Below are positions 36,917-48,232 of a stretch of DNA of 64,000 nucleotides, piece after piece (within the stretch, counting starts at the first letter, position 1; every line of letters begins with the position of its first letter). Source of the DNA: Eremomyces bilateralis CBS 781.70 (Eukaryota); the NCBI GenBank assembly GCA_010015585.1, contig ML975157.1; one strand, given 5' to 3'. Position numbers and translations under genes: made by a program. The notes beneath the pieces were generated by a model, which did no database searches, was not told the origin of the DNA, and saw only the letters and a program-made list of their open reading frames with translations.

Positions 36917-39900
36917 ATGGCCCGGAGGACAACTATGAAACCGAGCCTTGGAAAGGCCCAACCGAAAAGAGATTTGGATGATCCCACTGGCGCAACTTCC
37001 CTGCCGAAGCGACCGAAAAGAAGTTCAACGACGCTGACCAAGAGCAAATATTTCGAGAGCGAGGATGCAGGGGAAGAATCGACGGACAGTCTATCGTCGG
37101 AGGCCAAGGACGAGCCCGGGTATGAAGATGATTCTGCACAATCAGAGTTGTCGGACGAGCCCGAAGACTCGGATTTTTCGGAAGAAATCGAAGCCCCCAG
37201 CAGAAATGTTCGCAAAGGCCAGAGTAACAAGCAACCGGCTGCAATAAAGAATGCTCGCAGCAAGCAAGACCTGGGGAAGTCAGGGGCGAAGACCGGGTTG
37301 GGTCCTGGAACGCAGGTCATCATGAAGAAACCAAAGGCCAGAGATCCTGGGGATACACCCTATTCAAACGACATTATTCATCCAAATACGATGCTGTTCC
37401 TCCGAGACCTGAAGCAGAATAATAGTCGGCAATGGTTGAAATGTGGGTCATCCCTATGTCTTTACTCACCCTCCATGACCTTCTCCCACTACATCCTTTT
37501 CCAAAACACACTATCGAATCTCTGCTGCTCTAGCTTTATGGTCACTATTGAACGTGACTAGATCCGAGCACGGAGGCACTTCTCACAGATTGGAAAGCAG
37601 CTGGCATGCAACTACCGAAAGAAAATCACTTGTCGCGATAGGGGATAAATCTTTCCTGTCTTACGCACAACTGACAGGAGCCTACTAGCGAATGATCCCG
37701 ATTATCGAACATCCTGGAACGATTGGTTGACTTACTGCGAAAGCCTGACTGAGCGAATCGCTGAGGTAGACGACACGATCCCTGAGCTCCCAGTCAAAGA
37801 TCTCGTAAGACGCCGATCATTGTAACATCATCGGATCAGCCAAGACTAATAGGACAAGGTCTTCCGTATTTATCGAGATGTACGGTTCTCGAAAGATCAG
37901 TCTCCTTACAAGGTCAGAAATCAGAGTGTCTTGGTCTGAGGAGAAGCTAATTGCAAGCGTAGACTGCATTTTCCGCTGCATGGTAAGAAATTCTAGCAAG
38001 TTGCAGTTGGTCGTGTTAGTTCCTATGCTCATCTGGATCTCAGGTCTCGTACCGGGAGAAAGGGTCCATATGCGGCATACTATGTTGAGGTCAGCCCCGG
38101 AAATAGTTTTGTCGGTAAGTCGAATCTTGATTGTTCCCTTATTCAGGCAGGCCCAAGGATCATGGTTTCATTCTCGGGTCGCTATTCCGAGGTCTTCGAT
38201 CAAAACTTCCATCGCGAGGCCATGAAGGGGTATTATTGAGCCTACCAGTGAAGGTAGCGGATGTTCCATCATCCCCCTAACCTCAACGACATTGAGAGGG
38301 GCATAATTTGGCCCTTCTCATGAGAATCTCCGCCTCCCATCAAAGCTCTTGGCTGCAACTCGAGGAGATTCACATCACTATAAAGCGTTCTGTCTTTTAG
38401 CTGGGCGTCTTTGGCGCTTAACTCCCACGATTGGGCCGCCCAAGGTGCTCTGGACGAGCATTGTCGACCCAAAATCAGTGATCGCGAGGAACCGTTTGGA
38501 CTGAGAAGCGTGTATTCCGACACCGAACTTGTGATCCATCAGAGGGGATGGCAGACCGATGCAGCGTACCAACAGATCAACAATGTTGAAAACCGATGCA
38601 TCATCGCTCTAGTACCAAGCTCATGAGCCAAACCCTCATGGCAACCCGATTAAGGCCATGGCGAGTCCCGTTCGCCTCTGCACGGAATACATGGTCGATG
38701 TCGCGGGTCGGTTGCCACGAACTTTTGCACCGTGGTGGATCCGTAGCAAGTCTTCCACCGGAACGACGTCGATGATTGGGAATCCGAACGAATACATAAG
38801 CCTGAGGATATTGTGGATTTTTATCTGAGGCCCCCTCCCTTGTTCTATGCGGATATATGTTCGAGATACGGAGGATGTGATTGCAAGGCGTCCTAGGAGC
38901 ATCGCAGGAGTCAAATCAGTGGCTTACCATTACCAATCGAGTGACGGCATCCGGCACTCCTTGGCGACCTTGATAAATGGCTCGCCAACTGTTAAAAATC
39001 AATGAGACTAAGAGCCTCCAGCTAACATAAACTCGCAGCTGGAGGGTTGTGGATGCCCGAACCTGGACCACTGGCAGCTCTGCGACGCGACGTTGATCGA
39101 AGACCGAACCGGATCAAGACGGTGCTTCGCGATGCTCGATTCCGAAAAGAGTTCCTTAAAGGCCCTCCGAACGATGATAAGAATATCATCAAAGCCTTCG
39201 CGGCGGCCAACACCGAGGGCGCACTGAAGACAAAACCTAAGGTTAGTCGCATTTCTTCGGGAGTCAGGCGGTGCTTGCATTGTTGCTTTTGATTAGCTCC
39301 GGTCAATGCTTTCTATGGGTTCGCTGGAAGGACCAAGTACTACATGATTTCACCACTGTTGCCCATCGGGATATCGTCGTCTACATTCACTCCGTTGGCG
39401 GGTGATGCTATTGGGAAAAGCGTTCCAGAGAAGTGAAACAAGGGAGTAGGAACCTTATATTCACGGACATTTCTGGACTGACGAAGCAAATCCCTTGGGG
39501 CTATTGAGAATCGAGTTTAGTGCCTTTGGTGATGGAAGAACTTCTAACTGGTTTGCACCATACGGTGCGGTCACAACCAGCCGGGTGCTTGGAACTTTCC
39601 AACAATGCCATTTCCCGGGCAGTACCTCGACAGTTATCTTGACACACCTCTAGATCCTCATTAAGATTGTGTGAAACACACGAAGGACGGTGGTGAGACT
39701 GGAGTTTCGGTGGAACGCGCAGATATCATGGATCCAAACAGTGTCTCTAGGGGCGCAGCACACTTGACAGTGCGGTCAAGGATTGTTCTCGACTATCGAT
39801 CCATTCTTGACATCGCGCAGTGGGATCGTATATGACTAGACGCTCCGAAGGCGCCTAGCTCTCCATCCTACACATACTCAAACCCTCCGAGAGCTCGTGT

Positions 39901-40661
39901 GGTCCGATGAACACTTTTCTTACGAAGCTACAAGACAACTCCCGAAGATTGCTTTTGATATCACAAGATTGAACCATTGGAGATACTGACGGGTAATTGC
40001 AGGGCTATAACAACGACCATCCAGACCTTGAATTGCTTCGCTTGCGTTCCTACACCGTCGGGAAGCGGATACCCGACGGAGACGTCAACTTGGACAGCAT
40101 GACGGAGCTGATTTCGTCCCTAGTACCATTTGTACGTATCCTCGATCTCCCAACAATACACCCGGTGCATGTGCCCTTGTCGAGGATTACACAGCTCAGT
40201 CTCAATGCGTGTGCACACTGTTCGACGGAGCCGTGTAACCTTAAAACGCGGAGATGCAGCATGTTGGGCGAGGTCATTTGAAGCGGCTGCTGTGTCTCCC
40301 GGGGATGCTGCCCTACGATGTCGAAGCCCGTTATCCCCGTTGCTGCGGCACCCTTGCTTCGACAGATGCGTTGGCTCTGCTTTCGCCAGAACGTTGCTGG
40401 CGAGCGGCGTCGTGCGAATCGGCTGGATGAAGGCTCGGCGGCAAAGCAAGCGAGGCCAACGCATCAGTTCCCTAATCCGGAGTCCGGAGTCGTGCAGCAC
40501 ACACACCCCGCATTCAATACGCGACCTTTTGAACCCAACCAAGACGACACAGGCAGGCTAATGATGAGGTTATTTGATAGATCACATACTTGAACAGCGT
40601 TGTCATGCCTGATGGTGTGGATGAGGAGGAAGATTCCGATGACATGGATGACGAGGGTTGA
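36917..40661 (+). CDS. DUF2461 (TIGR02453-family) protein with acidic/basic disordered N-terminus; 8 exons: 36917-37442, 37689-37804, 37859-37912, 37963-37982, 38044-38114, 39039-39241, 40003-40131, 40581-40661
   Basis: Phase-consistent splicing gives TMLFLRDLKQNNSRQWLK..PELPVKDL|VFRIYRDVRFSKDQSPYK|TAFSAAWSRTGRKGPYAAYYVEV..SFVAGGLWMPE..ALRRDVD..LKTKPK|GYNNDHPDLELLRLRSY..VPF|ITYLNSVVMPD. These are the DUF2461 signature blocks (NNxxWL, FRIYRDVRFSKDxxPYK, GGLW). Confidence 0.88.
37499..37672 (+). ncRNA. Candidate intronic structured RNA, H/ACA-snoRNA-like, in DUF2461 intron 1
   Basis: Hairpin ttccaa(37499)/ttggaa(37590) with a large internal loop and upper stems, an ANANNA match aaagca (37594-37599), a second hairpin gatagggga/ttcctgtc, then ACA at 37667. 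No target identified. Confidence 0.35.
38115..39038 (+). ncRNA. 924-nt highly structured intron; candidate large ncRNA or cis-regulatory RNA
   Basis: Many short helices seen by eye, e.g. 38161-38169/38216-38224, 38324-38331/38364-38371, 38734-38739/38754-38759 and 38961-38967/38982-38988. Confidence 0.4.
39242..40002 (+). ncRNA. 761-nt structured intron closed by an 11-bp long-range stem; candidate ncRNA
   Basis: tcttcgggagt (39254-39264) is the exact reverse complement of actcccgaaga (39938-39948). Several internal hairpins. Confidence 0.45.
40132..40580 (+). ncRNA. 449-nt structured intron; candidate ncRNA
   Basis: Perfect helices 40319-40327/40356-40364 (9 bp), 40365-40375/40455-40465 (11 bp) and 40290-40296/40546-40552 (7 bp). 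Confidence 0.45.
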
Positions 40662-43600
40662 GTCGGCCAGGACAGAAATAGCTACCACCTCCAACTTTTT
40701 GGATCTGCTCGTCAGCGTTGGGCGTGGCAGAATATAGCGTTCAAATTTCTATCTATCATTGAACAGTTTGCTTCTACCCATCCCACTTCAGTTACAAGCC
40801 ACAACCCGACTACATCAACCTCAAGGCTCAACGGCAGCCAGTCTCAGGAAGCAGGGCATACCAAGAATATTCATATTATTGGGAGAAGTGCTTCCGGTGA
40901 AAGAAAGTCGGTCAGCGACGGCGATCCGGGCAGCATCGGGTGACCATGAGTCGGCAGCGCCTAGACAACGGCTTCACTTTCAGCGTTCAGGATAGCCCCA
41001 ACAACTACTATCGAGAAGATTGCAGAAACGATGGATGATGGAAGAGGTGATTTGCCCTGTGCCACGTCAATCAATGCATGCATCCCCTGTAGGTGTCGGG
41101 AGTCCACGCAGTATATTGAGTACTCGAACGGAACGAGGTGGCAGCGCCGTGCTGTACATATTCATTATTCAGTGATATATCCAGTGACATATTCCATAAT
41201 TAACTTCCATTGTTATCGGGATGAGTGAGGCGTGAGAGCATGGGACGCCAATCTCAGGTCGCAGGCTCACAGCGTCTCACCCATTTTTCCGGATTTTTTT
41301 CTGGGGACGAGTTCGAATTAGCTCGACGGGAAGGTCACGTGCTTGATCCCGCCTGCATGCATCGACCCGTCCCGGTTGTTGTCCAGTTTGCCCACACGAC
41401 ACGGAAACGAGGGAGCCAGTCAGAAGCCGCCGACAACTTCTCCCTGTCAGCTGGGCGAGACAGCGCTAGGAAGATGCAGATGAAAAGTCATGGATTGAGA
41501 GTCATGGACGTGGACAAGGATCAGCGCGTGGTGGGTGTCTCCAGTTTACAGCGCCGAATACCACCGGAGCAGAGACATTCTGTTTTACAGGCTAGGGCCC
41601 GCCGGCGACATCCCGCACAGGGCGATTTGGTGTAGTGGCCCTGCACCGATAGTAGTCCCTAGATTAGGGGTATTTAGCACTCGAAACCGAGCCAGTCCGA
41701 CATCTCACCGTCAGCGCCACCTAGCAACTTCCACCCCCGCTGTCAGCTCACTGCTCAGTGCTCACATCTGTCTTAGTCTCATAGCTCGTCTCCATCAGCC
41801 TTTTGCCGCTTCTGCCGATCCTGCCCGATTCCTTGCAGAGCTGGACCTTTCGGCTTTGGAGTTGGGCAGTTGGATCACTCCACACTGGGACTGGGTCCAG
41901 AATTTGGAACATTGGAACACTGGGACATCCGCTGCTGGCCTGCTGCCGTACTATGCCGCCTGCCGCGTACCGCCCGCCTCCCGCCGTCCACAGCCCAGTA
42001 TCCGCCGTCCCGCTCTACGCCAACTCTCCTGTTCATTCCGAAGAGACAGGGAAACCGACATGGTGATTCTTGCTGGTCTCGGGGACCTTAGTCAACAGTC
42101 TTTTCGCGTTGAGTCCTGCACTCGGGCTGGAGTTGGGATTTTGGATGCGCTGTGTAAAACCTGGTACTTTCACGAGGGAAATTGAGGGAAATTGAGCGGC
42201 GTCCTGTCCAAAACGTGCGCCAATGGGAATTATTGAGTCGGGTTTCTTGCAGATTGCTGATCTCTCTCTCGCTCTCGCCTTCCGTCATCAGGAGGGGGAG
42301 CTTTACCCGCGACGTGCATCGCATCCGCAATCCCGCATGCATTCATTGCATTGTGAGCGTCTACGCGGCGCAATCCCCGTTCATGGCGCCCGTTCCACGG
42401 TTACACAAACCAAGCTCAACACCCTCGTCAATATCAATGTGTTTTCCCTACTTCAGGAACTTAGAATCGACTCATTCGAGCATTTGATCCAACTGATGGG
42501 GTGTGGTCGACCGTTGTCCAGCATCGCGACACGGCCGAGCCCAGTCGAGGTGTCTGGAGCAATCCTGTTGGAAGTCCGAACTTACCAGTGCCTGATTATC
42601 CCGATTTATACGAATCTCAAGGGTGTATCAAGGGTACCTCGGGCGGTCGATGGACCGGGCCGCGCCCGCCAGAAATAAATAGAACTTGGAGCCTCGGACG
42701 GACGATGACACGAGGAATTACCAGTCCGGTCCTCCTCTCATTTCTTCCTTCCCCTTGCTCAGGAATTATAGTTTGGATGCTCTGCTCACTTCTGGCTGCC
42801 GCTGAGCGGTGCTACACTGGCTAGCGCCAGGGACTGATGCAAGACCATACAGCATACGGAGGATCCGTATGTGATGGGATACGTCCATGGCCTCCCCCGG
42901 GCCCAATCCAGAGCTCCGTGCCACCGTTAATTCTTCTGATGCTGTGCCGCAACCGGACGATTGCGATATGCGAAGCGCATCGCCTCAATCACAAAGGGAT
43001 GTTAGTTTCTGTCCCGCACTAACGGTTCGACCAGAAGCAAGCCATGGAAAATAGATTAACAGCCTCTTGAGTCTTGTTGCCACTCGATGCTTGTGGAACG
43101 ACACCCTTGGCTACAGCGGGTTGACGTCGCAGCCTCCAAATTGAGCCTGGTCGACCTAATAAAATGACTACTTATCTACAGAAACATGGTATGCAGATAG
43201 TATGTACTATTCTTGGTACGTATCGCATTTTCGTTTCGTGTTTGTGACTCCGAACGGTCGAGACTCTGCCCTTGATTGACTAGGTCAAGCGGGTGACAAC
43301 GACTGTCGACTCTCGAAGTCTCGAGATAGGATATCTTTCTGTGCCTGTTTCTGCTCTGACACTGTCTGTTCGCACCTATCATAGCCTTCATCATACGGAC
43401 ACGGTATAATAGAAGTGTTAGCAGGCGGATGGAGGCTATGCGGGATGTAAGCCTTCATTGCTTTGCCCTGATGTGATTCCAGGTTTCACCTAAGACTCCA
43501 TCCAGTGCTCTCTACAAGGACTGGACCTCCATGCATACAGGGCTTGCGAGTTGCAAAAGTCCCACAGCGTAAGATTAAATTCATGCAATCCTTCAAATGC

Positions 43601-45517
43601 AGCCACTGGACCGCATATCGTTTTGACATCCACCCGGTGAGCCGCGCGGTAATTGCGGTGTCACATCAACACATTTCATCCACATTCAACAGGATATACT
43701 TGTGACCCGATCAGGGATGCCTAGGATTATATCATGCAGGTAAACGGAAATACTGTTACCCCCACAAAACGTTTTCGTGTAACGGTGTAACCGATCCCCA
43801 AAGCCTGGACTTCGAAGCACCAGACTTCGCTACCGGTCTGTGTACAAGTACAATATCGCTCCGGCCCGTATCGAGCTGTCTCACCTAGCTCCAAGCAGCC
43901 AACTGGTTACGGTGTTTGTTGGAGCCACACAGCCCAACCTCCACGGATATCCTGTGTGACATGGACGGTCCGTGGTGAACATACTGTGCTTGCCGGCTCG
44001 TTGATTGTCTGTCAGTGTGAAATCGTTTGTTAATTGGGAAATTCTAGTCCGCCTGTTGTGGTCGTCAGGTGGTACACATACCTCAAATAGGGTAGTTAGG
44101 AAGCATATGGAAATCTATGCTTCCTCATATTGAAATGTTTTAGCTAGGGCATCCGATCCGCTACGGCTAGGAATATGGGTATCTATCAATGTTGGATTTG
44201 ATGCCACCAAAGCGTGTATCCAGCAGGCTTGGCTTGATTACCGGTATGGGTGTATTTTCTCACGATGGTCGCTGTCGGATGGTCAGTGTCTCTCTCACCC
44301 TTTGCCGCCGTCCAACATACAACTCAACACAGTGCGGCGAGGTCTCCTAAGAGCTGAGATCGCCACTCACTCTCTGGGTTCACCATCCATGATCCACCCC
44401 TCGTACGTCATCGTATTCTTTGTCATCCCTGCGCGGCGTTTTCCCGGCGAGATTTTCAAGACCTTTGAGTGGATGACCAGATGACCTTTCATGGCTCCAT
44501 CACAGCAATCCATGCCTCCACGCCTTCCATGGTCCATCGACCTCGGCGGCTCGGAGCACCCCAAGGTGGTCAAGTGATGTTTGCATTCGGAATGTCTCGC
44601 AGGGCCAGGGAAGCTGAATTCACTCGAAAGTCACACCGCTTTCCATAGCGGAAGAATCTCCCAACCGTACGGCGTGATGTTAGTGGTCCAAACCCGACGG
44701 CCACCAACATGCCAACGCGACCAGACAAAACCAATCCACCCTTCGACCTGGCCAATCGCGATCCCAGGACCGCTTCTCGCCCACGATGGGGGCCTGTCAG
44801 GGCCCTAGAAATTCGTCGGATCACCCGATTCGTCGGCCTTTTTACCTTTTCTCGCCGAGCACATTGGTCGGAGGGAATGCAGCGTAGCGCGACGCCATGG
44901 ACGATAGGCTTGCACCAGGTCCAAGGTACTCGTACCATGGTGACCCGCCTGCGGGATTTAGTTTCGGTTTTCTGTGAGATTTCTTGACTCGTCGAGTCGT
45001 GGTCCGTTCACCATTTGGGGTTTCGTGGTGATATTAGCTAGTTATTGAGGCAACGTACTCTGTAGTCCGGGCATGGCATTGGAAGAACGCTACATGGATA
45101 ATACGGTACTACTGTGCCCCAGACCTGGTTTGCCGATCCAATCTCATCTTCGCAGTTCGCACAGCTCCGTCAAGTGTCAACCCATCCATCGAGCCAGGCA
45201 CTTCCCAGGATGAACAAATTGAAGTTTGAAAGCATTACACACGTTTTTCGACCAGCCAAAACACTGCATCCACGCAACAGCGGCTATGCGCGGTAGTCGT
45301 TCCTCTCCATCCCTGCTGCGTGCTCCGCATGTAACTGCGGTCGTACTACCACCGGTCAAATAACAAATTCCACCTTCCATGGGTTTCTCTGCAGAGTGCA
45401 ACCAATATCTCGCCGCAGGGAGTACCCCATGTTGACAAAATCGGTGAGGGATGTAGTCACCCCTTGTGTCTTTATTTCGATAGGCCCCTTCGTCCAGCTG
45501 ATCCGTTGATCAAGGGT

Positions 45518-45557
45518 GAGCGATGGACCTGCGATGGAGCGATGGAGCGATGGAGCG
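45518..45557. repeat. Short tandem repeat of GCGATGGA (3 adjacent copies plus 1 nearby)
   Basis: gcgatggacctgcgatggagcgatggagcgatggagcg seen directly. Confidence 0.8.
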
Positions 45558-48232
45558 CCCACGAAGGCTCCATAAGCCCAGCGGACTCATTCTCGATATG
45601 CTCGTTTAGGGATCGCGAGGGGGCAAGGGCGCCGTTATACCATGGAACGCACAACGCTCCGGCTCTCCTAGGTGGCGTGGTTAGCGGCGAATCTAAGTGC
45701 TGGTCCGTCCCGTTGAAGCTGATCGGCTGGAACTGAATCGACTTGGTGGAACGAACCATCGACGGACAGAAAAGGTACGGTACGGACGGGAAATGTCGCT
45801 TCGGTGACAGCATCCCACCGGCACCGGCACCGACACCGCCCATTTGAATCAGTAAGCAATGTTGGGGACGGAGAATAGAACGGATCATTGCGTGATGGTC
45901 TGGAGGTGACCAAATATTAGTCGCCGTTCAATCCATCATGAATCTCTCCCGGCTGACCACAGAATTTGCCTTCCCCAGTCTCGAACTCATCGTTATAACT
46001 AATTTCAGATTCCAGCGATGACACCGATGCACGGGATAGGTCGAAACGTGTGGAGACGGAGGGGAAAGAAATCCTTAAAGCGGATGTGCCCAACTCCCAA
46101 ATGATCCTACCTAGGGACGGAGTGACCGAGACCCGTTCGATTTTCTATATTATAGGTACCATCCGGTCCCTTATTGGCCACTGCCTCCTTCTGCCCCTGG
46201 CCTCTTGGTGATCGACGGATCAAAACTCCTACCAAACTTCAGAACTCATGAGCAGGGACTTCCATGTCCTGATGTTCAGTGACCACGAGGGACGACGGAT
46301 GAATAGTGCCGGCACCTCGCGGGATTTTTTCGCCAGCAAAGGGTCATGGATTGTGAATTGTAATTGTAGCAGTGACTGGACCTCCAGGGTCTCCTCCACG
46401 GTTAGCATGGGCAACGTAGTTATAATAATATCAAGCAGTGTATCCGTACGCTTGTTGGGCAAACCAAACGCCTAACCGCGCTTGTGGCGGTGGTGGACGG
46501 TGGTCGATGATCCATTGTGAGATTTTTGACTGCCTCCTTGGAGAGAGTGGATGAGCAGGCGGATCATTGGGTCGATTGACGCAGTAGTGGACTCTCCGTG
46601 CCTCACCAACTGAGCTCGGCGAATCGGGAATATGCATATATGGAGTGGTCACGGGTTGCTGATCTCGCCACTCAGGCACTTGGTCTCATCCAAGACGATG
46701 CAGAGCAGTTGGAAACTTGGAATCTGGGCTGGTGGAGAGATAGAACCAATATGAAAATGCAGTTGGACGGTCTTCCCCCTTCGGTCTTCACCGCTGAGAG
46801 AGCCTACTGGGTAAGGACCGAGGAACAGTGCAGTAGTGAACTCGTCACAATGCATCCAAGCTAATATTTCAACATATATCGACAATCGACATTTCATCCA
46901 TATTAGCTACCAAGATACATCTCAACTGCTAAACCGCATACTCCAGAGGGTCTAATTAGGGAGAGTTTAGGGTGCAGGGAGCCTGTACTTGTTGCAAAGC
47001 TGCCTGGTTACGGGCCACCCCTCCGTCCCTAGAGGTCCTTGATGGGTGTACGATCCATATACAATACCCGACTAATCACCTGTAGTCTCTTCCCCCCTAT
47101 CAAACCCAAAAGCTGCACGGCGGCAACTCGTCGGTCCTTCCCGTTGGCTCTGTGCGCAACTGTGCAGATGGGATGGAATTATAGTCACCTAAGCTAATTA
47201 TTCCATACGTTGATACGTAGCTGATACCTCTAACTTCTTCCTCTAACCTTTTCCTCTAAGACCGATCCATGGCTACTCCCATCCACGTCCCGTCACGTCC
47301 GTCTACCGTCCCCTCTACCGTTTACCGTCCACCATCTACCGTCTATTTCGTACCCGTAGTCCATAATATGACTCCATAATCCGTACCGTATCCCGTCCAT
47401 TAGGCATCTCCCGTCTATCCGCTCTCCCGCTGCCCAACCTTTTCCCCAATTCCTCTGCGTTCTTTTCCCATTAACCCGCCATTCGGGACTGGGGACACGC
47501 TTGAACCATATTTCTCTTCCTCTCCCTCCCCTCGATTTCCGAGCCTACGCTTCGCTCTCCCTCCCTCCGTCTCTCCACTCGTCCAGTGGTCAGTCATCAC
47601 TACTAGTCTGGTCACTTGTCATCCTTCATCCATTTCAACTAGAATCCATACGCACCATTCATCCATCCATATTCCCTCCATCTCTTCTTCTAACTTCTTT
47701 ATCCACCCTCCCTCTTTATTTATTCACCAACCAGATTTCTTCTTTTCGACACTCCATATCCCTTCGTCTTACATCAATCATCCCACGACTCAGATTCCAT
47801 CCAATCCTCCTATCCTTCATCCTGTCTGGTCTCCATTCAGCTTACCGTCGCACCCGTTCCGTCTCCTTTGCCCGCTACCGTGTGTGACCAAGTGACTGGC
47901 CTCGCAACCCGTAAAACGATTCACCTCACCACCTGGTTACACTGCATCGCTTGTTCGCTCCGACCTTACATACGGTACGGGGGGATTCTGGCGCTTAATT
48001 GCAGTCCTGTCACGTCCTGCACGTCCTCGTGTGCGACATCTATTCTCCCGCACATTGCCGACAACGGTGTTGGAGCGCTGCAAGTCTGCAACCCACGATC
48101 AGAACGTCATCCTCGACCTCGTTGTGCCACGCCATCTCTTGACCGGCTGCACAAGGCTATGACCGACGCGGGCCGATCCTCGACTACTTAATTAGGTGGA
48201 AGGAAGGCCAGGTTCTCCGTCCGAATCTTCAA

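Noticed and set aside
38495..38555. TPP-riboswitch-like words (CTGAGA...GAACTTG.GATC) in DUF2461 intron 5
   Set aside because: The downstream GGATAATACCAGCGAAAG-type P4/P5 block of fungal TPP aptamers is missing, and the host gene is not thiamine-related.
39424..39510. Possible hammerhead ribozyme core (CTGACGA at 39478, GAAA at 39435)
   Set aside because: I cannot build stems I-III with the required geometry, and the GAAA is better explained inside an ordinary hairpin.
38382..39890. Shared 9-mers between introns 5 and 6 (aaagcgttc, caaaccctc) suggesting paralogy
   Set aside because: The spacing is not collinear and the flanks do not align by eye. This is compatible with chance without a proper alignment.
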